Assembly (NCBI GenBank): GCA_964558645.1
Contig: CAZLEV010000016.1
Span: 1 to 59,646, forward strand
Reading direction: 5' to 3'
Source of the DNA: an uncultured archaeon
Lineage (GTDB): Archaea > Asgardarchaeota > Thorarchaeia > Thorarchaeales > Thorarchaeaceae
Length of the DNA: 59,646 bases
Positions 49,874 through 59,534 of the stretch are shown here, one piece after another; the stretch's first letter is position 1, and the number at the start of each line of letters is the position of its first letter. A model generated the notes under the pieces. It did no database searches. It saw only the letters and a list, made by a program, of their open reading frames with translations, and was not told the DNA's origin. The translations under genes and the position numbers were made by a program.

Positions 49874-50666
49874 TCAAGCCATCCAGTGCTATCAGTGTTC
49901 TGCTAAAGAGAGCTAGTCTATGATTCAGGCACCTTCTGACCCTATTCAGTGCATATCTATTGGGCTTGATGTTGAAGTTGACTATGACTTCCATTAGCAC
50001 TAGACCCTCCTCTGGGGCCGGACGTATCCCGCCGGGTGGTTTCCAGGTGCATTCTACCAGTTCTCGGGATAACTCAGGCTCAATCTGTTTCTTTCCAATG
50101 CCGGACAACAGTGTAACCATCTTTCGGACTTGTTTCCAAAGGAAATTGGTACCATATACGTCGAAACTGACCACATTTCCTTTTCTGGAAACTGATATAT
50201 CAAGAAGTGTTGCATAGGTTGTCCTATCGCCGTTAGGCTTTGAGAGTTGGCTATAGTTATTTGTGCCAACGAGTTCCTGTGCAGCTTTTTTCATCAAGGA
50301 TAATGATAGCGATGTGTTTTCTGTCGGTAGGTAGTATCGGTAGTGGCGTAGAAGTACATTGTAACGAGGATTAAACAGATCATCGACCTGCGTATGAGCC
50401 CAAAGGACGATGTCCTGAGGTAGGTGTCTGTTCACTTCATTTAGATTCAAAGGAGTATTGGTTTCGATTGTGACCAGCTGCCCTAAGCTATGGACTCCCC
50501 TATCGGTTCTACCCGAGAATCTGACAGTCTTTGTATCATGTGGTGACCCTTCCCACTGGGTCAAGGCTTCTGTCAATCGACCTTGGATGGTGTCAAGCCC
50601 AGGTTGATATTGAGATCCGTGATAATGGGTTCCAAGATAGAATAATCGAACTGCATAGATTGGCAC
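49836..50666 (-). CDS. truA: tRNA pseudouridine(38-40) synthase
   Basis: YHGSQYQP, SGRTDRGVHSLGQ and FLWKQVRKMV motifs. Confidence 0.93.
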   Translation of the reverse strand: MPIYAVRLFYLGTHYHGSQYQPGLDTIQGRLTEALTQWEGSPHDTKTVRFSGRTDRGVHSLGQLVTIETNTPLNLNEVNRHLPQDIVLWAHTQVDDLFNPRYNVLLRHYRYYLPTENTSLSLSLMKKAAQELVGTNNYSQLSKPNGDRTTYATLLDISVSRKGNVVSFDVYGTNFLWKQVRKMVTLLSGIGKKQIEPELSRELVECTWKPPGGIRPAPEEGLVLMEVIVNFNIKPNRYALNRVRRCLNHRLALFSRTLIALDGLTNDVRSYRHPFY

Positions 50667-50684
50667 GATATACTGACAACCCCC

Positions 50685-50972
50685 TCAGGCCGAACGCCAA
50701 AGATCAAGCATGTTCTTGAGAGACCTAGCACGCAAATCTTCGATTCTATATCTATAGATTTTAATCCGCCCGAATGTTTTTTCTTCGACAAGTCCTGAAT
50801 CCATGAGAGCATTGAGATGTTTCTTGGTCGTGGTATGGTTCAGGCTAACTCTTCGGCATAGCTCTGATATGTTGAGTTCGCGGGAAAGGGCCAGTTCTTT
50901 CAGTATCTTGATTCGTCCTTTCGACGAAAAGATCTCCTCAATGGGGATGTGAGTAGTGGTTTCATCAGTCAT
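50685..50972 (-). CDS. Winged-helix DNA-binding protein
   Basis: IFSSKGRIKILK...LNISELCRRVSLNH...GLVEEKTFGRIKIY; downstream of cdc6. Start placed at ATG 50972. Confidence 0.85.
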   Translation of the reverse strand: MTDETTTHIPIEEIFSSKGRIKILKELALSRELNISELCRRVSLNHTTTKKHLNALMDSGLVEEKTFGRIKIYRYRIEDLRARSLKNMLDLWRSA

Positions 50973-50988
50973 CAAATATCGCAACCTA

Positions 50989-52185
50989 TCACTTATCGAG
51001 TAATTCAATTAGAAAGCGTTCTAGCATTTGCGCTGGAACATCTGAGAGGCCAATCATTGTGGTCTGCCCTCTTTGGCCCGCACCCGAACGTTGAGTGTCT
51101 ATGACACCATGGGCAGTCAAGTCCTGAACCCACTCCCACACCTGCGTGTGTGCTCGGGGTTCTTTCCCGTACTCCTCGCATATAGAAACATACATTTCTT
51201 CCACTTCGCCTATAGTCGCATAAGCCCCCCGATTCTCTTTCAGTTTTCGAGTGGCAGCAAGAAGAAGCAGTTTGTTGTGAATTGGTAGTGTAGCGAGGAC
51301 TTCTTTCCTGAGTTCTGGGTGAGTATCGGCCTTTGCTTGGCGAGCATAGTCAGGGATGACCACATCCGATTCAATGCGGTCTGCTTGTTTGCCGGCACGC
51401 CAGAGGAGTTCGATCGCATATCGGGCATCGCCTCGTTCAGATGCAATATTGCATATCAATTCTAGTGTGTCATTCATAATCGCACCTGGTTTAAACGCCA
51501 TGGAAACTCGTTCTCTTAGAATGTCAAGAAGAGCTGAAAAGTCGTATTTGTCAAATCGTAGCATATTTCGTTGTAGGGTGCTTCGAGTACTCTGATCAAG
51601 AAGATCACTATCTAATGGAATTCGACGACCAACGCCAATAATGGAGATTCGTTGAGGAGCATTCAAGCGGTCATCCATTAACCGGGTCAGATCGTAGAGA
51701 ATGTCCGCACCTTGCTGCTTCATGAAATAGTCTAGTTCATCTAATATGACGAGAACATGTCTGTCTTCTCTATCTAGTACCTCGACAAGCATCTGAAGAA
51801 TCTCTTGCGGTGAATGGCCCCGTTTTGGAAATCGAGGTTTGAACTCACGAAGCATTCGTAGGTACACCAAATATGCACTCTTACTGACACGACAATTGAT
51901 GTGTACTTTGTGTAGTCTTATGTCTCTCCTATCGGCTGCTTGTACAAGTTGCTCAGAAAAGCGCTTGGCCACTGCTGTCTTACCCGTGCCCACGGGCCCC
52001 TCAATCAGGAATCTAATGCTTGTTCGGCCAGGCGAGGTGATGAGAGTCTTGAATGTCTGAGCGAGCATTCGGAGCTCCTTTTCGCGATGAGGAAGGCCTT
52101 CTGGCACATAATCGATTGACAAGAAGTGTTCAGATTTGAAAACACTATGTCGACTTAGCTCGTCTTCAACGAAGTCATGTGGCAT
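50989..52185 (-). CDS. cdc6: Orc1/Cdc6 replication initiator
   Basis: DYVPEGLPHRE, GPVGTGKT, ILDELD and GDARYAIELL motifs, with a C-terminal wHTH. Start placed at ATG 52185. Confidence 0.95.
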   Translation of the reverse strand: MPHDFVEDELSRHSVFKSEHFLSIDYVPEGLPHREKELRMLAQTFKTLITSPGRTSIRFLIEGPVGTGKTAVAKRFSEQLVQAADRRDIRLHKVHINCRVSKSAYLVYLRMLREFKPRFPKRGHSPQEILQMLVEVLDREDRHVLVILDELDYFMKQQGADILYDLTRLMDDRLNAPQRISIIGVGRRIPLDSDLLDQSTRSTLQRNMLRFDKYDFSALLDILRERVSMAFKPGAIMNDTLELICNIASERGDARYAIELLWRAGKQADRIESDVVIPDYARQAKADTHPELRKEVLATLPIHNKLLLLAATRKLKENRGAYATIGEVEEMYVSICEEYGKEPRAHTQVWEWVQDLTAHGVIDTQRSGAGQRGQTTMIGLSDVPAQMLERFLIELLDK

Positions 52186-52400
52186 TGCAGACCAGTATGG
52201 AAGGTCACGTAGATGCTTAAAAGGGTTCTGCGCTCTGTACACTCAAGCGTACACTAGGGGCACAGGTAGGCGAAAGTAATGGTGGCGAGCTCGTCACTCA
52301 AGATCTAAATCATCGTCTTCTTGACTCATCGGGGTCATTGTACTCATCACTCGCCAAATGGCCTATTCTAGAAATGGGTTCTTAAACATGACCAAGGATA

Positions 52401-52498
52401 TGGTGCGGCCGCCGGGATTTGAAGTCCCGCGGTCATACGACCGTCACGGGTTGGAAGCTTGGGAAGCTTCCGTCCTAACCAAACTAGACCACGGCCGC
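52401..52498 (-). tRNA. tRNA-Gly(CCC) with a 21-nt intron at 53/54 (52424-52444); CCA encoded
   Basis: GCGGCCG/CGGCCGC-ACCA acceptor and GAAGC-TTCCCAA-GCTTC anticodon arm. Central helix CCCG/CGGG with bulges TG|A and AC|T around hairpin CGGTC-GTAT-GACCG. Confidence 0.88.
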
Positions 52499-52607
52499 CT
52501 GAACGGAGAATCAGGTGATTTCGATAAAAGACTATCGGAGAAGCTGTTGCCCAAACTGAAGGCTTATTTTGTTTGTCAGGCTGGCGAGAGTACTGAGTGT
52601 CTTAAGA

Positions 52608-53741
52608 GTGTCTAGTAAAAAAACGCATGTGCATTTCTGGCAAGGAAATCAGGCATGCGCAGAAGGTGCACTGGCGGCCGGGTGTAGGTTCTTTGCAGGA
52701 TATCCGATTACCCCTGCATCTGAGATAGCTGAGATCATGGCCGAGAAACTGCCGGAGATGAATGGAAGATATCTTCAGATGGAAGATGAAATCGGAGCGC
52801 TATCAGCTGTAGTGGGCGCCTCGTGGGGTGGCCATCTCGCTATGACTGCCACATCGGGGCCTGGTTTCAGCCTTATGCAAGAGAACATAGGATATGCAGT
52901 CATGACCGAAACACCCTGTGTGGTAGTTGATGTGCAGAGAGTGGGTCCGAGTACCGGTCAGGCTACCAAATGTGCACAGGGAGATTTTCTGCAGTCGAGG
53001 TGGGGAACTCACGGGGATCATGAGAGCATAGTACTATCGCCTAATTCGGCACAAGAAGCGTTCGAGCTCACCATAAAGGCTTTTGTTTTGTCAGAGTATT
53101 TTCGGCATCCGGTCATACTGCTCTCTGATGAAGTAGTAGGGCACTCTCGTGAGAGAGTGGTCATAGATTCGGGCATAGATTTCTCTGTAAGGAGAAGATT
53201 CGCCAGAAAGGGCAAGAAGCCGTATGGAGAGATTGATGGCAACGGACATGCGATAATGCCGCGTTTTGGCGATGGTCATAATCTCTTGGTGACAGGTTCA
53301 ACACACGATGAGAGAGGCTACAGAAAGACGTCGGATTCCGAGGTCCATCGTAGACTAGTTGAAAGACTCCGTGATAAAATCCTTCAGAAACGAAGCCTTC
53401 TTACTGATACAATCATCAAAGGACCTGAAAAGGCAGAGTGGGGGATTGTATCGTATGGCTGCACTTCTCGGACGGTCGAAGAAGTCATGTTTACAGCTTC
53501 ATCGATGCTGTCAATGAAGTCGCTGAGGCTTAGAACCGTCTGGCCATTCCCTGATAGAGAAGTAAAAGCCTTTTCTGAATCAGTTGAGCGATTATTGGTT
53601 CCAGAACTTAGTTTGGGGCAATTATCCCGAGAGGTAGAACGAGTGGTTGGAGATTGTGTAGAACTGGTCCCATTAAACAAGATTGGCGGGGGGCTGATGA
53701 TAGAACCAGGAGAAATAATCGAGGTCATTTCATCGGCCTGA
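52608..53741 (+). CDS. 2-oxoacid:ferredoxin oxidoreductase alpha subunit
   Basis: GNQACAEGA, AGYPITPASEI, QMEDE, TATSGPGFSLM and QRVGPSTG motifs. Start placed at GTG 52608. Confidence 0.93.
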   Translation: MSSKKTHVHFWQGNQACAEGALAAGCRFFAGYPITPASEIAEIMAEKLPEMNGRYLQMEDEIGALSAVVGASWGGHLAMTATSGPGFSLMQENIGYAVMTETPCVVVDVQRVGPSTGQATKCAQGDFLQSRWGTHGDHESIVLSPNSAQEAFELTIKAFVLSEYFRHPVILLSDEVVGHSRERVVIDSGIDFSVRRRFARKGKKPYGEIDGNGHAIMPRFGDGHNLLVTGSTHDERGYRKTSDSEVHRRLVERLRDKILQKRSLLTDTIIKGPEKAEWGIVSYGCTSRTVEEVMFTASSMLSMKSLRLRTVWPFPDREVKAFSESVERLLVPELSLGQLSREVERVVGDCVELVPLNKIGGGLMIEPGEIIEVISSA

Positions 53742-55999
53742 CTGTAGGAGGAGTTGAATTGGTTTCGGTTGAGGGCTAGAGAGAGTGACGTTCTCATCCA
53801 GATTGTTAGAAGAATCTCATCCTCAGCTGATTTGTAGTATGTTCCATTTATCATTATGGTCAGATTGTGGATTCCCGGGCAAAACGCGTTAGATATTGCA
53901 ATGCCTTCTATTGTTTGATTCGAGCTGTAAATTGCATCTACGAAACGCCCGTCTAGGAATATACTGATGGAGAACTCGTCAACTGAAAGGCCGAATTCGT
54001 CCATTAGTGAGAGGGTCAGGGAAAGATTCTCGGCGTAGAAGGCCTGAGCCGATTCAATGCTCATTGTGATTCGCCCTAAGATGTTGATATCAACTGAATC
54101 TGACCCTGAGAGGACGCATGTACTATTTAGTACGCCAATAGTAAGTGAATGCGTTCCGAGGGAAGAGTCGGCAGGAATCGGAATCTGAATAGAGTATGGT
54201 GTATCCGATGTGATAGTCTGATTGATTGTTATTAGTGTGGAAAGCGAAAGCTGCAGTAGTAGGTTTCGAGTTTCGGTCCAATTGGAGTCAACCCGGAAAT
54301 TCAATGTGAAGTTTTCTCCTCGCAGACAGCCAAAGTCCTCTCCTTGAAGGCTCACTGATAATAGATCGTAATGTGACAGCTGAATTGCCAGAGACGTTGA
54401 CGAAGCGAATTGAGAAGGCGTTTCTGTGGTAAAAATTGCATATTCATAAGAACCAGAAGGAAGGTCGCTGGCAACGGTCCAGACAAACTCACCGGTGCCA
54501 TCTGCATCGGTGTGCGTAGAGCCTATTAGTTGCCCATAGGAGTCTAGAAGCGAAACATTGACTCCTACTAGACTCTGGCCATCGGGCTTTAGTAGTGTAA
54601 CTGCCATGCTTGTGTTCTGACCAATGATAGAAGGCGTGCTTTGAACCCAGCAAACTCCTGGTACGAATTCGACAGTTTGAGTATCCATTAGAATCACACC
54701 AGTATAATTCTCATTTTCATAAGTTTCAACGCGAATGTCTGCCAAACCCCATAAATCGGAGGGAATCTCGAATTCTGCTCCGAAGGAACCGTCAGTATTG
54801 ACTGAGGTAGCATTGTGGTAAAGGACTTGGTCACTGAGGGAAATGGTGACACTGAACCCAAGATTTGGTATAGGGGTTTCTAAGAGTGAATCCGCAAGAG
54901 TCAGTTGTAGTGAAGTTTCGTTGCCGGTTATCATGCCGCTGGAAAAGGATACAGTAATAGCTGGCGTACGTTTGGTCACCAATATTGTCTTTGTTATGTT
55001 GACTGAAACATATATTTCATTCTTAGCAATGATGAGAATGGTGTAGTTTCCGGGAGAAACTGGAAACTGCACTGAAGCACTATAAGACCCATTGAAGTGG
55101 TTCGTGAAGTTAGACTGTGAAAAGATTGTTTCCCACGAGATGGTGCTGTTCTTGATTCTCTCGCCATCTTCTCCCAAGTGATCGACAAGGAGATCAACAC
55201 TTCCTATGTCGAGTCCTTCATGGTCTGGGCAAGGAACTTCATCAGGACTAGACCTTACCAATAAAGATGAGTTGGGAGGGGTGATGTATATGGGAAGTGT
55301 GTCCACCAGAGGAAGAAACGAGTCTGTTCCCTCTGTGCTTACTGTCAGATTATATTGCCCAGGATTGCCACTGGAAGTATTCCACGGTATTGTAGCGATT
55401 CCTTGGGAATCGGTGGTTACATTACCCTCAACCGTATACGAAGAGTCTATACCACTAACTTGGTAGGACAGAACTTGCTCTTGGAGAACCACGTCCTCAT
55501 TGTAAGTGCTTGCTATCTTCAACGAGATGTTTGAATCTATTCCATGTGGGAGTTCTAATTCGCTTAGAGGGATGACAGAGAGATGGCCGCGTGTTATGTT
55601 TACTTCTATTGTTTCTGTAATGGCCTGGGAGTATCCATCATAAATCTCTACATTGAAAATCACGTGGGCTATAGTACCGCTTACACCGGGGTATGTTTCG
55701 TTGGGGAGAATGGTGTAAGAGCTTGTTGCGAACTGTGGGTCTAACGAAGACTCCACGTAGTACCCATCTTGAAAGATTGGGCCTACGTCTGTCACGACTC
55801 CAAATGAAACAAAACACCATCCGTCGGCACTGAATTCTGCTATGAGTTTTGCAACCATGTTGATTGTCTGTCCGACCTCATAGACGCCTCGGTCGGTTTC
55901 GAAATACTGGAATTCGAAGTAGTAGGCGTCAACAGGCACGATTAGACATAGAATGACGACCACAGGAATTATCGTGCTTGCTTTGGCGTGATGATTCAC
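53384..55999 (-). CDS. Secreted/surface protein with Ig-like beta-sandwich repeats and an S/T-rich tail
   Basis: Signal peptide (IIPVVVILCLIVPVDA). Repeats TTDSQGIATIPW / THTDADGTGEFVW and PGxYxLT. Many NxS/T sequons. Confidence 0.8.
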   Translation of the reverse strand: MNHHAKASTIIPVVVILCLIVPVDAYYFEFQYFETDRGVYEVGQTINMVAKLIAEFSADGWCFVSFGVVTDVGPIFQDGYYVESSLDPQFATSSYTILPNETYPGVSGTIAHVIFNVEIYDGYSQAITETIEVNITRGHLSVIPLSELELPHGIDSNISLKIASTYNEDVVLQEQVLSYQVSGIDSSYTVEGNVTTDSQGIATIPWNTSSGNPGQYNLTVSTEGTDSFLPLVDTLPIYITPPNSSLLVRSSPDEVPCPDHEGLDIGSVDLLVDHLGEDGERIKNSTISWETIFSQSNFTNHFNGSYSASVQFPVSPGNYTILIIAKNEIYVSVNITKTILVTKRTPAITVSFSSGMITGNETSLQLTLADSLLETPIPNLGFSVTISLSDQVLYHNATSVNTDGSFGAEFEIPSDLWGLADIRVETYENENYTGVILMDTQTVEFVPGVCWVQSTPSIIGQNTSMAVTLLKPDGQSLVGVNVSLLDSYGQLIGSTHTDADGTGEFVWTVASDLPSGSYEYAIFTTETPSQFASSTSLAIQLSHYDLLSVSLQGEDFGCLRGENFTLNFRVDSNWTETRNLLLQLSLSTLITINQTITSDTPYSIQIPIPADSSLGTHSLTIGVLNSTCVLSGSDSVDINILGRITMSIESAQAFYAENLSLTLSLMDEFGLSVDEFSISIFLDGRFVDAIYSSNQTIEGIAISNAFCPGIHNLTIMINGTYYKSAEDEILLTIWMRTSLSLALNRNQFNSSYSQADEMTSIISPGSIISPPPILFNGTSSTQSPTTRSTSRDNCPKLSSGTNNRSTDSEKAFTSLSGNGQTVLSLSDFIDSIDEAVNMTSSTVREVQPYDTIPHSAFSGPLMIVSVRRLRF

Positions 56000-56119
56000 C
56001 TAGTTCACCAAAAATCTGTGAAACCTATGCCTAAAAAAGTCACACAAGAACAACGACAGGTTTAATTCGTCTTTCCAAGTCGAGAATGATAGACCTCTTA
56101 GAGGAGAATTGAAAGACAC

Positions 56120-56485
56120 ATGGCTATCAGAATTAAAGGGAGTAAGTTGGACTCGATTGAAGAAACCGAGACCAAAGGCCTGATGATGTTGAGTATTACC
56201 GAAAAAAGTGAGGGTTTGAAGATGACCTTAGAAATCCCAGAAGCCTTGGCAAATCAGTTTGATGCAAAAGAGGATCTTGATGTTGTTATTGATGATAGTC
56301 CGATCTCCAATGGTGATGAAGGGAAATTCTATGCTGAAGGTAGTGTGTTTAAGGCAAAACTGGAAGAAGGAATAGAAGTTGTAGGAACCTTTGGTGGACT
56401 TAGATTAGTACTAGAAATGGAAAAAGTCACTGCAGCGAAGAAACGAATCTTCACTGCGAATCGGATTTACATAGCATTCTTCTAG
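56120..56485 (+). CDS. RNA polymerase subunit Rpo8 (RpoG, Rpb8 homolog)
   Basis: 121 aa with an OB-fold-like pattern. FYAEGSVFK...VGTFGGLRLVLE resembles the Rpb8 SFGGL signature. Confidence 0.7.
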   Translation: MAIRIKGSKLDSIEETETKGLMMLSITEKSEGLKMTLEIPEALANQFDAKEDLDVVIDDSPISNGDEGKFYAEGSVFKAKLEEGIEVVGTFGGLRLVLEMEKVTAAKKRIFTANRIYIAFF

Positions 56486-56663
56486 CAAATTCGTCAGAGG
56501 AGAGGAAGAAATACCCATTACTTTCGGTTAACCCTCATTCAGGGTGGTATTGTCATGCCCCTTCAATCAACTAGCTAGTCCTATTCAGTAGACAGTTCAG
56601 CCTGATAGTAGGAAACTTGCCTTCTGAAAGAATGTTAGGTAATAGGGCCACTAGAAACACTGG

Positions 56664-57689
56664 GTGTGGTCTTTGGCGGATAAATCAAACAATGAACACA
56701 GAAATGCTATGAATTCGTGTCCCGACTGTAATGGATCTCTACTGGTAAATCGAGGGAATGTTGTTTGTACGAATTGTGGATTGGTGATTTCTCGTGAATA
56801 CGTGTATCCAACTTACCAAATGGGAGAGGAGAGTGGGGGAGAAGCACCAGATGCTACGATGTATGTTTCCTTAGGGAATAGAATGCATATTGTGGATGGT
56901 TTGGGGAGCTATATTGGCTTTCATAGAGACAGATACTTTCGTGATGTTGCCGGCCATCCATTATCGAGTCGAAATCAGAGAAAGTTCAAGCGGCTGAAAA
57001 CAGTCTATAGTACTAGAATCAGGATTGGAAAAGATGAGGCAAAATATCGAGCATTAAGAACATTGAATCGTGTATCCAAACTTCTTATGCTAAGTGAGCA
57101 AGTTCGAGATCGTACTGCCTATCTCTACAAAAAAGTGCTAACAGAAGAAGTGGAAGTAACCAATAATATCCTGCTGATAGCAGTCTGTCTTCTGATGGCA
57201 GTTCGAGAGTTCAAAGAGGAGGCCCCAATTACGTTGGATGAAATTGCTGATGTTTTTGACAAGTGTGGTCATAGAATCAGTGTACGGGCAATGGTCAGAG
57301 AAGCACTTAGGCTTCGGTCAGTGACAGGATATGCGCCCAAAATTCGCCAACCGAAAGACTATGTTCCGCGCGTCATCTCTATGTTAATGAATAACACCAA
57401 GATTGTGAAAAAGATAGAAGCAAGAGGATGGGATTTGAGAGATTATGAAAGCAGACTCCGACTTAAGATGTTGGAAGTAATTGATAGAATTCCGGCCACA
57501 GCACGAGGAGGACGCAATCCATTCATTTTCACAGTTTCGGCTGCATACGCAGGAGATCGTTTAGTAGCCAGTGATTCTGACAAGCGTTCGGTGTTAACTC
57601 AGAAGCTGGCATCTAGAGCGACCGAAGTCGCTGAATACAGTATTAGAGACCATTATGGAATGATGAAGCCCATAATCGGAAGAGATTAG
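56664..57689 (+). CDS. Divergent TFIIB/TFB-family protein
   Basis: Zn ribbon CPDC...VCTNCGLV and cyclin-fold repeats (RTAYLYKK, ITLDEIA, GRNP, TQKLAS...VAEYSIR). Confidence 0.85.
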   Translation: MWSLADKSNNEHRNAMNSCPDCNGSLLVNRGNVVCTNCGLVISREYVYPTYQMGEESGGEAPDATMYVSLGNRMHIVDGLGSYIGFHRDRYFRDVAGHPLSSRNQRKFKRLKTVYSTRIRIGKDEAKYRALRTLNRVSKLLMLSEQVRDRTAYLYKKVLTEEVEVTNNILLIAVCLLMAVREFKEEAPITLDEIADVFDKCGHRISVRAMVREALRLRSVTGYAPKIRQPKDYVPRVISMLMNNTKIVKKIEARGWDLRDYESRLRLKMLEVIDRIPATARGGRNPFIFTVSAAYAGDRLVASDSDKRSVLTQKLASRATEVAEYSIRDHYGMMKPIIGRD

Positions 57690-57821
57690 CTGATTGGTTG
57701 GAGATTATATTGTACATATTCAACACCAATGTGAAACTACCCCATTATCATATTGTGTCCTGATTTCAGGCTTGGATGCAATATGTGTATTGCAAAAAAG
57801 TGAGAGGATGACTCACCCGGA

Positions 57822-59534
57822 TTGATTAGCATGACGGAACAATATGTGAAGCTGGTGATGTGTTCGCCGGAAAGATGCGATAACTGTCATAATAGTCGAG
57901 ATGGCAAGTGTTCTGTACTAGCTTTTGCTATGGAAGGCGCTGAACAGCTGACGCCCATCATTGTGGAAAGAGAAAGGGGGTCCATGTATATTCCGGTCGA
58001 CTACAACGCCGTCCCATCAGATCCGCCTTGGTATTCTGGAGATTGGGAGCAGGTCTGGATAGACAATACTATGGGAAAGAATTTGGAAACACATGAGGTC
58101 ATTGATGTCTACATTGTAGGATCTTACGTATCAATATTCACACAGGCGGGTTGTGAGAATGAAATCTGTTATTTTGCACTTCCCAAGCTCAGGTCTCACC
58201 TTGAGAGTGCTCTCTTGGATAAGATGACAAGTAGAATCCCAGAGTTGTCCAGAGATTTGTTGCGTTGTACAGAATCTTTGACGCATAGAGTCAGATATCT
58301 GCAACACAAGGTCTATGAGAAACTGGAAGAATCACTGCCAGAGATAAGCATACCGACGAGGAGTACTATTTCCCAGATTGCAGGTCATAGCTCAACTGTG
58401 CTATTTCCAATAATTCCATTATTACTAGACGACGAAATTGAGGAGATTTTCATTGACAGCCCAGGTTCTCAAGTCTATTTCGATCATGCTCGTCTGGGAC
58501 GATGCAAATCAGATTGGGTTTTCCCAAGAAGCGCAATTAGGCCGATGGTGACACTTGCTAGGCTGGAGAGTAATCACCACCTCGATAGGAGAAACCCTTC
58601 CTTCAAGAGTAGAATGGGCTTCTTAGATGCCAACCTTCGTGTTTCGATGGCTGTTATGCCCCTGTGTCCCGATGGTTTTCAGATGCAGATAAGAAGAGCA
58701 AGAAGGGAGATAATGACGTTGTTTCACTTGATTCGTAATGAAACGATTTCGGCTGAGGGGGCAGCTCTCCTCATCCTTGCATTACGTCTACGCCAGAATA
58801 TTGTAATTACAGGAGGACCAGGAACAGGTAAATCTACCCTACTGAACGCTCTGGACCAGATAACACCTTCAATATGGAGGAAGATCTATATTGAAGATGC
58901 TATCGAAAGTCGGATTCATCAGAATCAGCATCAAACTAGGATTCAAGTGGATCCTCTTGATGAGATGGGAGGGGTTTCCGATAAGACTCGAGAGATAGTC
59001 AAGTCCCTACACCGCTCCCCAGACTATGTCATCCTCGGAGAGATTCAAACGGAAGAACATAGTCATGCGCTATTTCATGCTCTGTCTGCTGGACTTAGGT
59101 GTGCCAATACCTGTCATAGCGATTCTGCATCATCTTTGATTTCGAGATTCCGGGTGAATCACCATATTGTCAATACTAACCTTGCGATGCTCGATCTTAT
59201 TGTAACAATGAGAAGACCGAAGCCGGGAGATTCTCGCAGATACGTAAGTGAGATTGTTGAGGTCAGAAGAGGAACAAAGGATGGTTGCATTGAATTTCGA
59301 GGGCTTAACATACTATACTCTAACAATTCCAATGCAGAGGTTCCGAACAGAATAGTTAAGGATGGGGCGGTTTGGTTGCGATGCGAGGAAGATAGCATAG
59401 AGGATTTCAATTCCGTATACATGAATCTAGTTGCAAGGCTAGGGAGAATGAAATCCATGAAACCATGTGAAGCCACAAGGCACTTGCAGGAACAAACAAC
59501 TTCCTGCCTTGGATCATCAAGTCGTGCCTGTTGA
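57822..59534 (+). CDS. Type II/IV secretion or pilus assembly ATPase (CpaF/VirB11/FlaI family)
   Basis: PLLLDDEIEEIFID, Walker A GGPGTGKST, IEDAIE, SLHRSPDYVILGEI and TCHSDS motifs. Confidence 0.88.
   Translation: MISMTEQYVKLVMCSPERCDNCHNSRDGKCSVLAFAMEGAEQLTPIIVERERGSMYIPVDYNAVPSDPPWYSGDWEQVWIDNTMGKNLETHEVIDVYIVGSYVSIFTQAGCENEICYFALPKLRSHLESALLDKMTSRIPELSRDLLRCTESLTHRVRYLQHKVYEKLEESLPEISIPTRSTISQIAGHSSTVLFPIIPLLLDDEIEEIFIDSPGSQVYFDHARLGRCKSDWVFPRSAIRPMVTLARLESNHHLDRRNPSFKSRMGFLDANLRVSMAVMPLCPDGFQMQIRRARREIMTLFHLIRNETISAEGAALLILALRLRQNIVITGGPGTGKSTLLNALDQITPSIWRKIYIEDAIESRIHQNQHQTRIQVDPLDEMGGVSDKTREIVKSLHRSPDYVILGEIQTEEHSHALFHALSAGLRCANTCHSDSASSLISRFRVNHHIVNTNLAMLDLIVTMRRPKPGDSRRYVSEIVEVRRGTKDGCIEFRGLNILYSNNSNAEVPNRIVKDGAVWLRCEEDSIEDFNSVYMNLVARLGRMKSMKPCEATRHLQEQTTSCLGSSSRAC

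Noticed and set aside
52186-52400. Replication origin directly upstream of cdc6
   Set aside because: No ORB-like repeats or clear AT-rich unwinding element; only a short GTACACT duplication.
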